Virus record (IMG/VR): IMGVR_UViG_3300017761_003320
Location: 32,001-96,000 of that record
Origin: a virus
Length of the DNA: 64,000 bases
Reading direction: 5' to 3' (one strand)
This document shows positions 53,481-63,324 of the stretch, piece by piece (the stretch's first letter is position 1; each line of letters begins with the position of its first letter). Position numbers and translations under genes: made by a program. The notes beneath the pieces were generated by a model. That model had not been told where the DNA came from and did not search any database. It was given only the letters and a program-made list of their open reading frames with translations.

Positions 53481-54299
53481 ATGTCATTTTTTTATGATGG
53501 ATGTCGTAATGAAGCAAGGCTTAGTGTAATAGCTGGGCCTTGCATATTTGAATCGAAAGAACATGCGCTTGATATGGCAGGTTCGTTAAAAGAAATATGT
53601 GCCTCACTTGATGTAAATTTTATCTACAAGACATCTTTTGATAAGGCTAATCGCACTAGCAGTCTATCTTATCGAGGTGTAGGATTTGATGAAGCCTATT
53701 ACGGTATGAATGCAGTTAGAGAGGTTCTTGGTATCGAAGTTCTCACCGATGTTCATGAAGCATGGCAATGTGGATCTGTAGCAGCCGATATATTACAGAT
53801 TCCCGCATTTTTATGTCGGCAGACTGATCTTCTTAAAGCTGCGGCTGAGACTGGTAAGCCTGTAAATGTGAAGAAAGGTCAGTTTCTATCTCCGAAAGAG
53901 ATGGTTAATATTGTCGCAAAGCTGGAATCATTTGGTTGCAATAAGGTAATGCAGACTGAGCGTGGCACAACATTTGGTTATAATAATCTTGTGGTTGATA
54001 TGAGAAGCCTAGAGCTTATGCGTGCTAATACTCCTGCTAATTATCCTGTCATAATGGATTGCACTCATGCAGTGCAATCGCCAGGTGGATATGATACATC
54101 ATCCGGTGGTGATCGTGACATGGTACCTGCGATTGCTCGTGCGGCCGTGGCTGTTGGTGTAGCTGGTGTGTTCATGGAAGTTCATCAGGATCCTGATAAT
54201 GCTCCATGCGATGGTCCTAATATGCTTCACTTAGCCAAATTTCGCCCTGTACTTGAGAAGCTACTTGAGATAGACTATGTTGTGAAGAAAGGAGCTTGA
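53481..54299 (+). CDS. kdsA: 3-deoxy-D-manno-octulosonate 8-phosphate synthase
   Basis: IAGPC, FDKANRTS, QIPAFLCRQTDL, KKGQF, ERG, DCTHAVQ, CDGP. Confidence 0.97.
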   Translation: MSFFYDGCRNEARLSVIAGPCIFESKEHALDMAGSLKEICASLDVNFIYKTSFDKANRTSSLSYRGVGFDEAYYGMNAVREVLGIEVLTDVHEAWQCGSVAADILQIPAFLCRQTDLLKAAAETGKPVNVKKGQFLSPKEMVNIVAKLESFGCNKVMQTERGTTFGYNNLVVDMRSLELMRANTPANYPVIMDCTHAVQSPGGYDTSSGGDRDMVPAIARAAVAVGVAGVFMEVHQDPDNAPCDGPNMLHLAKFRPVLEKLLEIDYVVKKGA

Positions 54300-54301
54300 A
54301 T

Positions 54302-54679
54302 ATGAAACTAGGTAAAATTTGGGGTGATACTGAAGATTTGTTTACCAGCCCTAATGTAGAGGTGCATCGCATCAATACAAAGGCAGGCTTTCGGTGTTCA
54401 CTTCATAGTCATCAACATCGTTGGAATGGATTCTATGTGATTAGTGGTATCATTGAAATCCACACTGAAAAGCAATATGGTTTGACAGATGTGACTGTGC
54501 TGCGGCCGGGCGATTTCACTGCGGTGCCACCAAATGAGGTGCATTGTTTTGTATGCACGCAAGATGCTCAGGCGCTTGAAATCTATTGGCCGCAGCATAT
54601 GGAATCGATTGATATTGTGCGTAAAGATGTTGGTGGAATGATTCAAGGTCTCATTAAGGTACCAGATGATGCAGCCTGA
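54302..54679 (+). CDS. cupin-domain protein
   Basis: GKIWG, CSLHSH, VPPNEVHCF. Confidence 0.75.
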   Translation: MKLGKIWGDTEDLFTSPNVEVHRINTKAGFRCSLHSHQHRWNGFYVISGIIEIHTEKQYGLTDVTVLRPGDFTAVPPNEVHCFVCTQDAQALEIYWPQHMESIDIVRKDVGGMIQGLIKVPDDAA

Positions 54680-54908
54680 GTTATCAATTATGTCTCAGGA
54701 TAAATTCATTTCGACAATCGAACGTATCGTTATCGAAAAGAATATGTCATACCTAGATGCTATCATGCATGTATGCGAATCTGTTGGCATTGAAGTTGAG
54801 ATGGTTCCACGTTTGATTACACCTCGCATCAAAAAGATATTGACAAGCGAGGCTAATGAATTGAATTTACTAAAACGTCGTGCTAATGAGCCAAGATTGC
54901 CTATCTAA
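54666..54908 (+). CDS. 33: late transcription coactivator gp33
   Basis: F...IE.......SYLDAI...C....IE; position before gene 59. Confidence 0.85.
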   Translation: MMQPELSIMSQDKFISTIERIVIEKNMSYLDAIMHVCESVGIEVEMVPRLITPRIKKILTSEANELNLLKRRANEPRLPI

Positions 54909-55516
54909 TGAAGATTAAAGTTGAAAACATAGTCGATATGGTGCGACCGAAAACTGTAGTGCATGTAGGTGCATCTACTGGTTCTGAGGTTAGACACTAT
55001 CTCGATTCTGGTGTAGAAACATTGCATCTAATCGAGCCTTTGCCTGATGTATGTGAACAGCTTGTTAATACATGGGGCCATCAACATCCGCGAATTATCT
55101 TCTGGCAATGTGCTTGTCTGGATAAAGAGGGTGAAGTTGAATTTCATGTTGCAGCAAATGAAGGTATGTCATCTAGCATATATGGCAAACCTAATCTTGA
55201 TATGCATAACTGCGAATTTATTGATAAGATCACTGTACCTGCATGTCAACTTGATGATTTGGGTTATATCGCAAGCCTTGAAGTCGACTTGCTTGTGGTT
55301 GATGCACAAGGTAGCGAAGATCGAGTATTTGCTGGCGCTACAAAGACATTAGCCAATACAAAATATGTGTTTACCGAAGCTAGTAGAATTCCTTTGTATG
55401 AGGGGGCTTGCACTTTTCAAGATATTTGCACAATTTTGTCAGATAGATTCGATCTGGTTGAAACCTATTTCAATGAAAGAGGAACGGGAGACGCCCTGTT
55501 TAAATGGAAGGAATGA
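54908..55516 (+). CDS. FkbM-family methyltransferase
   Basis: VHVGA, IEP, VDAQGSE...GA. Confidence 0.85.
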   Translation: MKIKVENIVDMVRPKTVVHVGASTGSEVRHYLDSGVETLHLIEPLPDVCEQLVNTWGHQHPRIIFWQCACLDKEGEVEFHVAANEGMSSSIYGKPNLDMHNCEFIDKITVPACQLDDLGYIASLEVDLLVVDAQGSEDRVFAGATKTLANTKYVFTEASRIPLYEGACTFQDICTILSDRFDLVETYFNERGTGDALFKWKE

Positions 55517-56097
55517 AAGCCTACCAAGAATATGTCGCGTTGAAGCTACACTTCACGCAAGATAGGTATGATTATTTCAAATATATGGGTAAGACACGTT
55601 CAATTAGCGAAAGTGCATTTGAAATCAGAAAAGATGTATTTCATTTTCGCAAACTGGAACGTAGATATAAAGATGATCTGACTAATTTTTATGTCGCAAA
55701 CATGTCTAGAGGTAAAGGCATCAAGTGGGTTGGTGATTTGATCACACTAGAGGCCGAAAAAACTTATATCGATTGGAAACGGCATATGGAATCTATCTCT
55801 TATATGTTTAAACAAGATATGCAAATCATAGCTGATTCATATCAGGATGTTAATAAAGCATGGCAGAGTAATGGTGAGCATCCTGAGGTGCTTCGACTGC
55901 ATCTTGGTGATAAAGTGAAGCTTGAGAGTTTGATATTGGCTGATAGAGTTTTGGGATTTCATCAAGCATGGGATGCACGTATTCAAGACACGATCATCTG
56001 GCCTGATGTGTCTCGCAAAATGAGAAAATATGGACCCTTTGTTAAAGCCGATGCATCTATTTTGAAGAAAACCATGCGTCAAGTGTTTATTTCTTGA
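55504..56097 (+). CDS. 59: helicase loader gp59
   Basis: YVALKLHFT..YDYFKY.GK; order 33-59-32. Confidence 0.9.
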   Translation: MEGMKAYQEYVALKLHFTQDRYDYFKYMGKTRSISESAFEIRKDVFHFRKLERRYKDDLTNFYVANMSRGKGIKWVGDLITLEAEKTYIDWKRHMESISYMFKQDMQIIADSYQDVNKAWQSNGEHPEVLRLHLGDKVKLESLILADRVLGFHQAWDARIQDTIIWPDVSRKMRKYGPFVKADASILKKTMRQVFIS

Positions 56098-56193
56098 CAC
56101 AGGCCGTTCGACATGATATAAGTAGATGTGTGGTCATGCTCGAAGTGAAATACAAGACACACAAAATATACAAAACATACGGAGAATATACAA

Positions 56194-57138
56194 ATGACTA
56201 ATGACTTCGCTTCATTGAAGCGTTCTTCCACCAATAATCTGGATCGCCTTACTAAGGAGATCGGTAAGCTAGCAGGTGGCACCAATCAACGCGAATCCGA
56301 TGACCGTTTTTGGCAACCCGAGGTTGACAAGGCTGGTAATGGTTATGCGGTGATTCGTTTTCTTCCTGCTGCTAAGGGTGAGGATCTTCCCTGGGTTCGT
56401 ATTTGGTCGCATGGGTTTCAAGGCCCAGGTGGTTGGTATATCGAAAACTCTCTGACGACTCTTGGTCAGAAAGATCCAGTGGCCGAATTAAACTCTAAGC
56501 TGTGGAATAGCGGTAGTGATAAGGACAAGGAAATCGCTCGTAAACAAAAGCGGCGCCTTTCTTATATTGCTAACATCTATGTTGTCAAGGATCCTGCGAA
56601 TCCTCAAAATGAGGGTAAGGTCAAGCTGTTCAAGTTTGGTAAGAAGATTTTTGACAAGATCAATGAGATGATGACACCTCAGTTTGAAGATGAGAAGGCC
56701 GTCAATCCCTTCGATTTCTGGGCTGGTGCGAATTTCAAGCTGAAGATTCGCAACGTCGAGGGCTATCGTAATTATGACAAGTCAGAATTTGATCGTTCTG
56801 AACCTCTGTCTGATAATGATAGTGATCTTGAGAATATCTGGGCTTCGCAGCATAAGCTTCAAGCTTTTATTGCACCAGATCAATTCAAGACTTATGAAGA
56901 ATTAAAGACTCGCCTTGAACGTGTATTGAATGAGGCTGCTCCTCGTCGTGCATCAAATGATGAAGATAGTGAACGTGAGGAACGATCTGCATCACGCGCT
57001 TCAGCCGAGCCTAAGACTCGGAGTACTCTTGTAGAAACTCTTCCTAAGGCAGCTAGCGCCGGCGCTGGTGCTTCGGCCCGTCCACCATGGGAAGGTGATG
57101 ATATCAGCTTGTTTGAACGACTGGCTGAGGAAGATTAA
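56194..57138 (+). CDS. 32: single-stranded DNA-binding protein gp32
   Basis: DDRFW, GNGYAVIRFLP, FGKKIFDKI, NYDKSEF, acidic tail. Confidence 0.97.
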   Translation: MTNDFASLKRSSTNNLDRLTKEIGKLAGGTNQRESDDRFWQPEVDKAGNGYAVIRFLPAAKGEDLPWVRIWSHGFQGPGGWYIENSLTTLGQKDPVAELNSKLWNSGSDKDKEIARKQKRRLSYIANIYVVKDPANPQNEGKVKLFKFGKKIFDKINEMMTPQFEDEKAVNPFDFWAGANFKLKIRNVEGYRNYDKSEFDRSEPLSDNDSDLENIWASQHKLQAFIAPDQFKTYEELKTRLERVLNEAAPRRASNDEDSEREERSASRASAEPKTRSTLVETLPKAASAGAGASARPPWEGDDISLFERLAEED

Positions 57139-57145
57139 AATATTA

Positions 57146-57174
57146 AGGCGGGAGAAATTTCTCCCGCCTTTTTT
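57146..57174. terminator. terminator between convergent genes
   Basis: AAGGCGGGAGAA/TTCTCCCGCCTT followed by TTTT. Confidence 0.85.
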
Positions 57175-58906
57175 ATGGTGGTCGATTTCCATTTGGACGA
57201 GCTTGTGCTGATGGCGATGCTGCCGATGTAGTCGCTGGGGGTGATGGATTTGGTAGTTGAATTTGCCTTCTTACAGGAATTACTATAGGTGGTAACATGA
57301 TGGTACCAGAAGAAGGCATTTGTCCTTCCGACATTCTCAAACCTGCAATTCTAGAAGCCAATTCTGAAGATGTTATACTACCTGATCCTAAAGCAAGCAT
57401 CGCTTGATTTCTTTGTTCTTCTGATAAAAGTCCTGATGCGGATGAGGGCATTTCTCTCCTTAAATCAGGATTATTCATCATCATCTGAAGGCCTCTTGCT
57501 TCAGTCAAATAAGCAGTAGCTAATTCTATTCTTCTACGATTAAATTCTATCTGTCGTTCAGCCGAATTAATTAATTCTTCACTTTGTGGAGTTAACCCGC
57601 TTCTATTATATGGATTATTTCTTTCAGTTTGTATTGATCGTTCAGACACTTGTATAAGTCTTTCTGATTGACCAATACTTCTTTCTAAATTTCTTATATT
57701 TGCGCGAACTAGATTAGGATATGTTCTTACTTGACGTTGTGCCGCTTGCATTAACAAATTATTTCTACCAGGATCTTCGGGTCTTAGATTTCTCATACGT
57801 TCTAAATCAGCAGAGGCACGTTCAAATCCTAATGCATAATGTCTGGCAAGTTCTCCATATTCTTCTATCTCATTAACCTGCCTTTCTTCACGTGTTGTAT
57901 TTGCATAATATGCTATGGTTGGTACGATTGTTAGTGCAGTACCTATTACACCACTAAGTCTAGCAATACCAGCACCAGGAACACGTGCTGGTCTTCCACT
58001 ACTTATAGGTGCTCTACCACCAGGTTCTACTGTTGGTGCACGTGCAGGCGGGGGCCTTGGTTCTGCTGCAGGTGGTGTAGGTGCTGGTCTTGGTGGCGTT
58101 GGTGGCGGCCTAGATGGTGCCGGTGGTGCTGGACGTGATGGTGCCGGTGGTGCTGGACGTGATGGTGTCGGTGGTGCTGGACGTGATGGTGCCGGCGGTG
58201 CTGCCGGCCGTGTGGCAGCGGGTGATGATTGTCTTGGAAAAATTCTTTGAGATAATCTTTGTGAAAAACGATTGATTGCGCGGAATCCACGAAAAGCCAA
58301 GTAACTTCCTAATATAGCACCAGTAATTTCTGCTGCCAACATGAGTTCATCTGCAATCCGTAATATCTGACGAGGAAATTCATCAATTTGTTGAATTAAT
58401 TCAGGTGATAATTGTGTAGCTGCTAAAGCTGTGGCCAAACCAGCAAGACCGAGCCCACCTAAAATATTTGGTAAATTTCTAATAGTTGATCGAGTTCCAC
58501 GACCAATTGCACTAGCTATATTACCAATTCTTCTGGTATAGTTTCCTCTTGTATCATTTCCCTCAGCTCTATCTTCAAGATTACGGTTTTCTCTATTAAG
58601 CAATCTTTGTGTATCTTTTTGCTGAGATACTAACATTCTTCTTAATTCATTAGATGCAAGATAAGAATTTTCAGCTATTGATGACATCATTGCATATACA
58701 TCACGACGTAATGCATCAAATGAGCTTTGAGTTACATAATTTCTATCATCACCTATTCTATTAGGTACACCAGCAGTTAATTCTCTCCGTGCTCTTTCAG
58801 ATGAAACCATTCTATAATTCATGGCCATATCATGAAATCTTTTTGTGCGCTCATCATATATTATCGAGGTAGTCAATGTATTAGCTATATCTGTTAAAGA
58901 TGCCAT
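57173..58906 (-). CDS. baseplate hub / tape-measure-like protein with Pro-rich repeats
   Basis: Position downstream of genes 26/51; helical and hydrophobic segments. Confidence 0.55.
   Translation of the reverse strand: MASLTDIANTLTTSIIYDERTKRFHDMAMNYRMVSSERARRELTAGVPNRIGDDRNYVTQSSFDALRRDVYAMMSSIAENSYLASNELRRMLVSQQKDTQRLLNRENRNLEDRAEGNDTRGNYTRRIGNIASAIGRGTRSTIRNLPNILGGLGLAGLATALAATQLSPELIQQIDEFPRQILRIADELMLAAEITGAILGSYLAFRGFRAINRFSQRLSQRIFPRQSSPAATRPAAPPAPSRPAPPTPSRPAPPAPSRPAPPAPSRPPPTPPRPAPTPPAAEPRPPPARAPTVEPGGRAPISSGRPARVPGAGIARLSGVIGTALTIVPTIAYYANTTREERQVNEIEEYGELARHYALGFERASADLERMRNLRPEDPGRNNLLMQAAQRQVRTYPNLVRANIRNLERSIGQSERLIQVSERSIQTERNNPYNRSGLTPQSEELINSAERQIEFNRRRIELATAYLTEARGLQMMMNNPDLRREMPSSASGLLSEEQRNQAMLALGSGSITSSELASRIAGLRMSEGQMPSSGTIMLPPIVIPVRRQIQLPNPSPPATTSAASPSAQARPNGNRPP
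58112..58207 (-). repeat. about four tandem 24-bp repeats encoding PAPP(A/T)PSR
   Basis: GATGGTG(C/T)CGGTGGTGCTGGACGT units. Confidence 0.85.
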
Positions 58907-58917
58907 ATTGATTATCC

Positions 58918-60399
58918 TTAGACTCGTACAGGTACGATTTCTTCATGAATAAAAATCGTTTGTATTTGTGTAGTAGATTCCGGCCGGGCGGCCGCAGCTA
59001 TTCTATTTGTATTTTGAGGCATAGATGCTTCTGGAATAGGCATAGGTTGACCAGAAGATGTTGGTCGTGATGAATTTGATTCATTTTGAGGCTGTTGAGC
59101 TTCCGGCGCGCCACCTGTTGGAATTTGAGGTGATTCAGTTTCCGTTTGAGGTCGAGATTGAGATGTAGTTTGAGATGTAGTTTGACCTGCTGATGTTCGA
59201 GATGGTGCAGCAGGTCTAGATGCAACAGCCCCACGACTAGCTAATTTGTTTTCTAAATCATCTATCGTTATAAATCCGTCATTATTTACATCTAATATTG
59301 GATTTAATGAATAATAATTTTCCCCACGTTGTGTCAATACCCCATCACCGCGCGAGATTGCTGATGCAACTCTACCAGGTAAAAATACATGTGCATAAAT
59401 CATACCTGCGCTTGCACCTGAGGGTAGACCAGTCATTCTAAAATAACTCTCAACCAGTTGAAGTTGCTGCACAGCATCCATTTCTCTTATTGCAGCAGTA
59501 GTCGTACCTAATCTTCGCGCCGTACCTTCAGTAAATTGAATAAGGCCAGTTGCAGTTTGTCCAGGTAATGTATTACGTGCAGTAGTTCTGACTCCACTCT
59601 CAACTCTCATAACAGCTAGAAGATTAGCAGGATGAATACCTAATCTATTTGATACTGCTATAAGCTCTGCTTGGAATCTCGGATCACCTTCTACATTTCC
59701 TGTTGGGCCCATCTCTGGACGAAATCTTATATCACCCTCATTATATTCTTGAGTTTGCTGTTGACCAATACGAGGCTCTGTTTCTTCACCAAAAAGAAAA
59801 TTTGATAATCCATTAAATACTGTCTCTCGTCCCTCACGATATCCTTCACGAAATGTTCCACCTTCGACAGATCGTTGAACGCCTCTATATACACCAGCGG
59901 CCAGTGCAGCTAAACCTGCACCAGGTATAGTTCTTACGGCTATTCCGCGAGCAAGTCTGCGTGCTGTGCGTGCTATTTCTACGGCCGCTCTAGCTACAGA
60001 AATCGTGGCTCTAGCAATTAATGATGTTATTGCTTGTAAAATACCACTTGAATTTATATCTTCATTTTGTCTTGTATCTTCAATTTCTTCTTGTCTTTCA
60101 AATTGACGAGATTCTAATCTATCTTCTTCCTCTATTCGCTCTATTCTATCGACTATTGCACGTTGTTTGTCTTTTTCATCATTTATGCGGCGCAAAGTCT
60201 GAACCATTTCCCTAATGGATTCGCGAGATTTGATAAATGTTGATCCTATAGAACCACTAACAGTGTACATCATATTTGTGGCAGGACGCGATGGTCCAAT
60301 CCTTAGCAAAGAAGCAAATGGCAATAAAGCCAAACTTGTCTCTCTAGCACCAGGACCAGTAAGATTATATCTTTCTGTCGCATCAGCCAATGTGGCCAT
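58918..60399 (-). CDS. baseplate hub / tape-measure-like protein with lytic transglycosylase domain
   Basis: VMRVESG, ATGLIQF, N..LDVNNDGFIT motifs. Confidence 0.75.
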   Translation of the reverse strand: MATLADATERYNLTGPGARETSLALLPFASLLRIGPSRPATNMMYTVSGSIGSTFIKSRESIREMVQTLRRINDEKDKQRAIVDRIERIEEEDRLESRQFERQEEIEDTRQNEDINSSGILQAITSLIARATISVARAAVEIARTARRLARGIAVRTIPGAGLAALAAGVYRGVQRSVEGGTFREGYREGRETVFNGLSNFLFGEETEPRIGQQQTQEYNEGDIRFRPEMGPTGNVEGDPRFQAELIAVSNRLGIHPANLLAVMRVESGVRTTARNTLPGQTATGLIQFTEGTARRLGTTTAAIREMDAVQQLQLVESYFRMTGLPSGASAGMIYAHVFLPGRVASAISRGDGVLTQRGENYYSLNPILDVNNDGFITIDDLENKLASRGAVASRPAAPSRTSAGQTTSQTTSQSRPQTETESPQIPTGGAPEAQQPQNESNSSRPTSSGQPMPIPEASMPQNTNRIAAAARPESTTQIQTIFIHEEIVPVRV

Positions 60400-60400
60400 A

Positions 60401-60580
60401 TTACTGAGCGTTCCTCTTTGCTTCTTCTTTTTCTATAAAATCTAGCAGAAGTTTAACGTATATTTCCCTCTCCCAAGGTATCATATTTTCTATCTCATAC
60501 AAACTATACTTGTGATGTTGCATAAGCGAAAAATTCAATGAATAATAATTTCCAAGATTATTGTGAGAGAGGGCTATCAA
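60401..60580 (-). CDS. 51: baseplate hub assembly protein gp51-like (not in ORF track)
   Basis: LMQHHKYSLYEIENMIPWEREIYV motif; frame open back to the T8 run at the end of gene 26; first ATG at 60523. Confidence 0.85.
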   Translation of the reverse strand: MIALSHNNLGNYYSLNFSLMQHHKYSLYEIENMIPWEREIYVKLLLDFIEKEEAKRNAQ

Positions 60581-61290
60581 AAAAAATCTGCTAGACCTTT
60601 TAGCTTTACAGTATCAACTTGTCCACAACCAGAACACTTATAAGTTATTTCATGCTCCAATATTGGCATTGTATCAAAAAATTTCATTATATCTGCAAAT
60701 TGCATATTGCTAAGAGAACCAATAAATTCTTTCACCTCATCTAAGCTTTCTGGCTCATATACTTCTTCATCATCAAAAACGCATTCAAAGCATTTTGATA
60801 TTAAATCTGTTTCATCAACTTCAGGCTGTAACATATCTCCCACTTCTTTCATAGTGGGATATTTCATTCTAACAGTAAGCTTATCATTCAATTTTATATC
60901 TTTTGAATGCTCAGGATCAAACTTGACTTCAATGGCATCAAGGTCAATCTCGACTGTTGTTATTGCATCACAGCTTTCGCCTTTATAATTTACACCATCA
61001 ACATGTCGATATCTAAGAGTTGCTTTTTCGCTAACTGATTTTGACCTGACTTTAAGAAACAAATATTCAAGATCGAAAGAAGGTAGCTTGGTTATATTGA
61101 CATCTTCCGTTAAAATGCAAGCTGATAGTGTGTCTATCATTGCACGATACATATGATCCACATCTTTTGATTCCATAGCAATCAAAAGAGTCTTTTCTTC
61201 TTTTACAAGAAAAGGTCTAAATGTTACCTCCTTTTTTGATGACGGTATAGCCGCAGTAAAGGTCGGGGTAACTATTTTTGGTAAAGCCAT
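60577..61290 (-). CDS. 26: baseplate hub assembly protein gp26
   Basis: MALPKI, FRPFLVKEEK, FDLEYLFL..RSKSVSE, MKYP, C..C...GLADFF. Confidence 0.93.
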   Translation of the reverse strand: MALPKIVTPTFTAAIPSSKKEVTFRPFLVKEEKTLLIAMESKDVDHMYRAMIDTLSACILTEDVNITKLPSFDLEYLFLKVRSKSVSEKATLRYRHVDGVNYKGESCDAITTVEIDLDAIEVKFDPEHSKDIKLNDKLTVRMKYPTMKEVGDMLQPEVDETDLISKCFECVFDDEEVYEPESLDEVKEFIGSLSNMQFADIMKFFDTMPILEHEITYKCSGCGQVDTVKLKGLADFF

Positions 61291-61302
61291 AATATTCTCC
61301 TA

Positions 61303-62196
61303 TCAAGCAAATGGTAATCTAAATTGTCTAATGCCTTGTGTAACAGCATCAAGTATACCGCTAGTTCCACCCAAGACACCTGTATTGGTAAGTATGGATA
61401 TAGCAGGTGCAAATCCTGCCAAGAAATCTGAACGTCTGATGAAATCTTCTGCAACATATAGAGATTTTAGTGCAGCTGCCTTTGGGTGTTCTTCAGTCGC
61501 AATGAAATATTCCATTTGCACGGTCAGTTTTGATACTTGATCACCAGCAGACCAATCAAGTTCAACATCACCAATATTCAAAGGAAATGCTTCTTGAAGA
61601 TTGACCCTATATTGTGGTTTAACTGATTGTGTTGATCCAAATATATTCACATTAAATGGATCTATGACATCTGCGGTATTTGTAAAAATAGTACCTAAAT
61701 CACCGAGCGCAAGAGCTTCGCCTACAGAAGTAGCGGCCTCTGATTGGAATTGTGGTGTTTCAGGAAATTGAAGTATGTCGACAGATCCTATGATTTCATC
61801 ATAAAATGTTGAGTCAAATATACCAACACCCCGTGATCTGCTGCCGCCGCGACGGTATCCCGCACGGCCACCTGATGATGTTGCAAGATCCTGCCAAGCC
61901 ATTAGCACTTCACGTTCAATCATATTGTCACTTAAAATTATGCGTAATTGCATTGGTTGTTGCATAAACCGATATGGTATATTTCTAACTGGACCATGAT
62001 ATGACTGTTCTATTGTCATCAATGAACGACTAGGCAATGAAGCATGTTCTATTCTAAGAGGCAAAAATGAAGTATCAAAAAACCCACGAAGCGCAGGTGG
62101 CATATTCAATAATACAGAAAAATATGAGGGTTTTGCGGTACCACGTTTTCCAATTTCGGCAGAAAATTCTGATACATTAAAACGTCTATTACCCAT
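61303..62196 (-). CDS. tail tube initiator / tail tube-like protein (gp54-like)
   Basis: F......G.AKPSYF, ASLPSR, L.EAFP..IG.VELDW; position next to gene 2. Confidence 0.7.
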   Translation of the reverse strand: MGNRRFNVSEFSAEIGKRGTAKPSYFSVLLNMPPALRGFFDTSFLPLRIEHASLPSRSLMTIEQSYHGPVRNIPYRFMQQPMQLRIILSDNMIEREVLMAWQDLATSSGGRAGYRRGGSRSRGVGIFDSTFYDEIIGSVDILQFPETPQFQSEAATSVGEALALGDLGTIFTNTADVIDPFNVNIFGSTQSVKPQYRVNLQEAFPLNIGDVELDWSAGDQVSKLTVQMEYFIATEEHPKAAALKSLYVAEDFIRRSDFLAGFAPAISILTNTGVLGGTSGILDAVTQGIRQFRLPFA

Positions 62197-62206
62197 GGGA
62201 CTGCCT

Positions 62207-62827
62207 TTATAATTTGTTATAAGAATCGCGATAGACAGTTTCTCTACTTGCGCCTGCAAATCTATCAAGCGGCATAAAGAGAGCAATGTCCCATGATTTT
62301 GGATCTATACGAAAATATCTAGTTTTGACATGTGAGAATAGATATTGCTTTATACAAGGTTTGAACATATGATATTTGGTGACAGATTTTAACAGCTTAT
62401 ATGAAATCTGCATATGAGTTCTATCATCATAATTTTCATCACTTATGACAGTATATAAAGCATCCATCAGTCGTGCACGTAGTCGTAATGGTAGATAATG
62501 CATATTCAATCCCATAAACCCAGGTTGGGTTGATGTTCCTGCTGCACGGCCACCAAGTCTTGTCGTATCAAATGGTATCACTAAGGGATATCTGTCATAA
62601 TATGGTAAATCTGCTTTGGTCTTTGGGTCATAAGCAAACAAATACATCTGACCTATCATAGGCACACTTACCATGGCACTACGATCTTCACCCATTAATG
62701 CATTAGGGCTAACACCAACCTTACTGGCCTGAGCGCGAAACCACGTTCTAGACTGTTGGGTTTTGTTAGGTATCATACCTTGTCTCTCACCTTGGGTGAG
62801 GATGCTATCAAAGGTATATGCCACCAT
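62207..62827 (-). CDS. 2: DNA end protector gp2
   Basis: YDPKTK..LPYYDRYPL, GLNMHYLP..LR, KPCIKQYL. Confidence 0.93.
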   Translation of the reverse strand: MVAYTFDSILTQGERQGMIPNKTQQSRTWFRAQASKVGVSPNALMGEDRSAMVSVPMIGQMYLFAYDPKTKADLPYYDRYPLVIPFDTTRLGGRAAGTSTQPGFMGLNMHYLPLRLRARLMDALYTVISDENYDDRTHMQISYKLLKSVTKYHMFKPCIKQYLFSHVKTRYFRIDPKSWDIALFMPLDRFAGASRETVYRDSYNKL

Positions 62828-63273
62828 TATTTTCGACCTAAATCCTTCTCTGTTATAATAACAAATTCCCAATTGCGATCAGCACAATATTCTCGGGCAG
62901 CTTTCCACTTCGCAGTATTTATCCCATATTTGGCAACCTCAGTCAAATACTTTCTTGTTGGTTTTCGTGATGTATCATGAGGTATTGGTTGTTGTGTCTG
63001 CATAAACGGTTTTACTTCAATCATCTTGATTGCTATTTTGCCAGTTCTATCTTTCATTTTTATGATAAAATCTGGAAAATATCTATGCCACTTACCATCA
63101 ATTGGTGATTTGTAAGGAACTATGACTTCTTCCGAGGCCCATTCTATAACCGAATCATTTTGATCAAATTCGATCATGATCCTTCGCTCCCATAATGAGC
63201 GATAAATTATATTCGTTGGATCTCCCTTATATTTTGAGGGATTGATGGGTTGATATTTGCCTTTGTATGCCAT
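62827..63273 (-). CDS. 4: head completion nuclease gp4
   Basis: YKGDPTNIIYRSLWE, HRYFPDF, EVKP, N.AKW.AA, ITE. Confidence 0.95.
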   Translation of the reverse strand: MAYKGKYQPINPSKYKGDPTNIIYRSLWERRIMIEFDQNDSVIEWASEEVIVPYKSPIDGKWHRYFPDFIIKMKDRTGKIAIKMIEVKPFMQTQQPIPHDTSRKPTRKYLTEVAKYGINTAKWKAAREYCADRNWEFVIITEKDLGRK

Positions 63274-63324
63274 ATTTCTATCTAGGCGCAATAAATATTA
63301 CATATTTTAAGAGGACTATAATTA

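Noticed and set aside
56140-56193. ATACAA-rich leader of gene 32 as a novel repeat
   Set aside because: Consistent with the known unstructured autoregulatory leader of gene 32
58027-58290. His-rich ORF (QHHRHHH repeats)
   Set aside because: Alternate-frame product of the 24-bp Pro repeat
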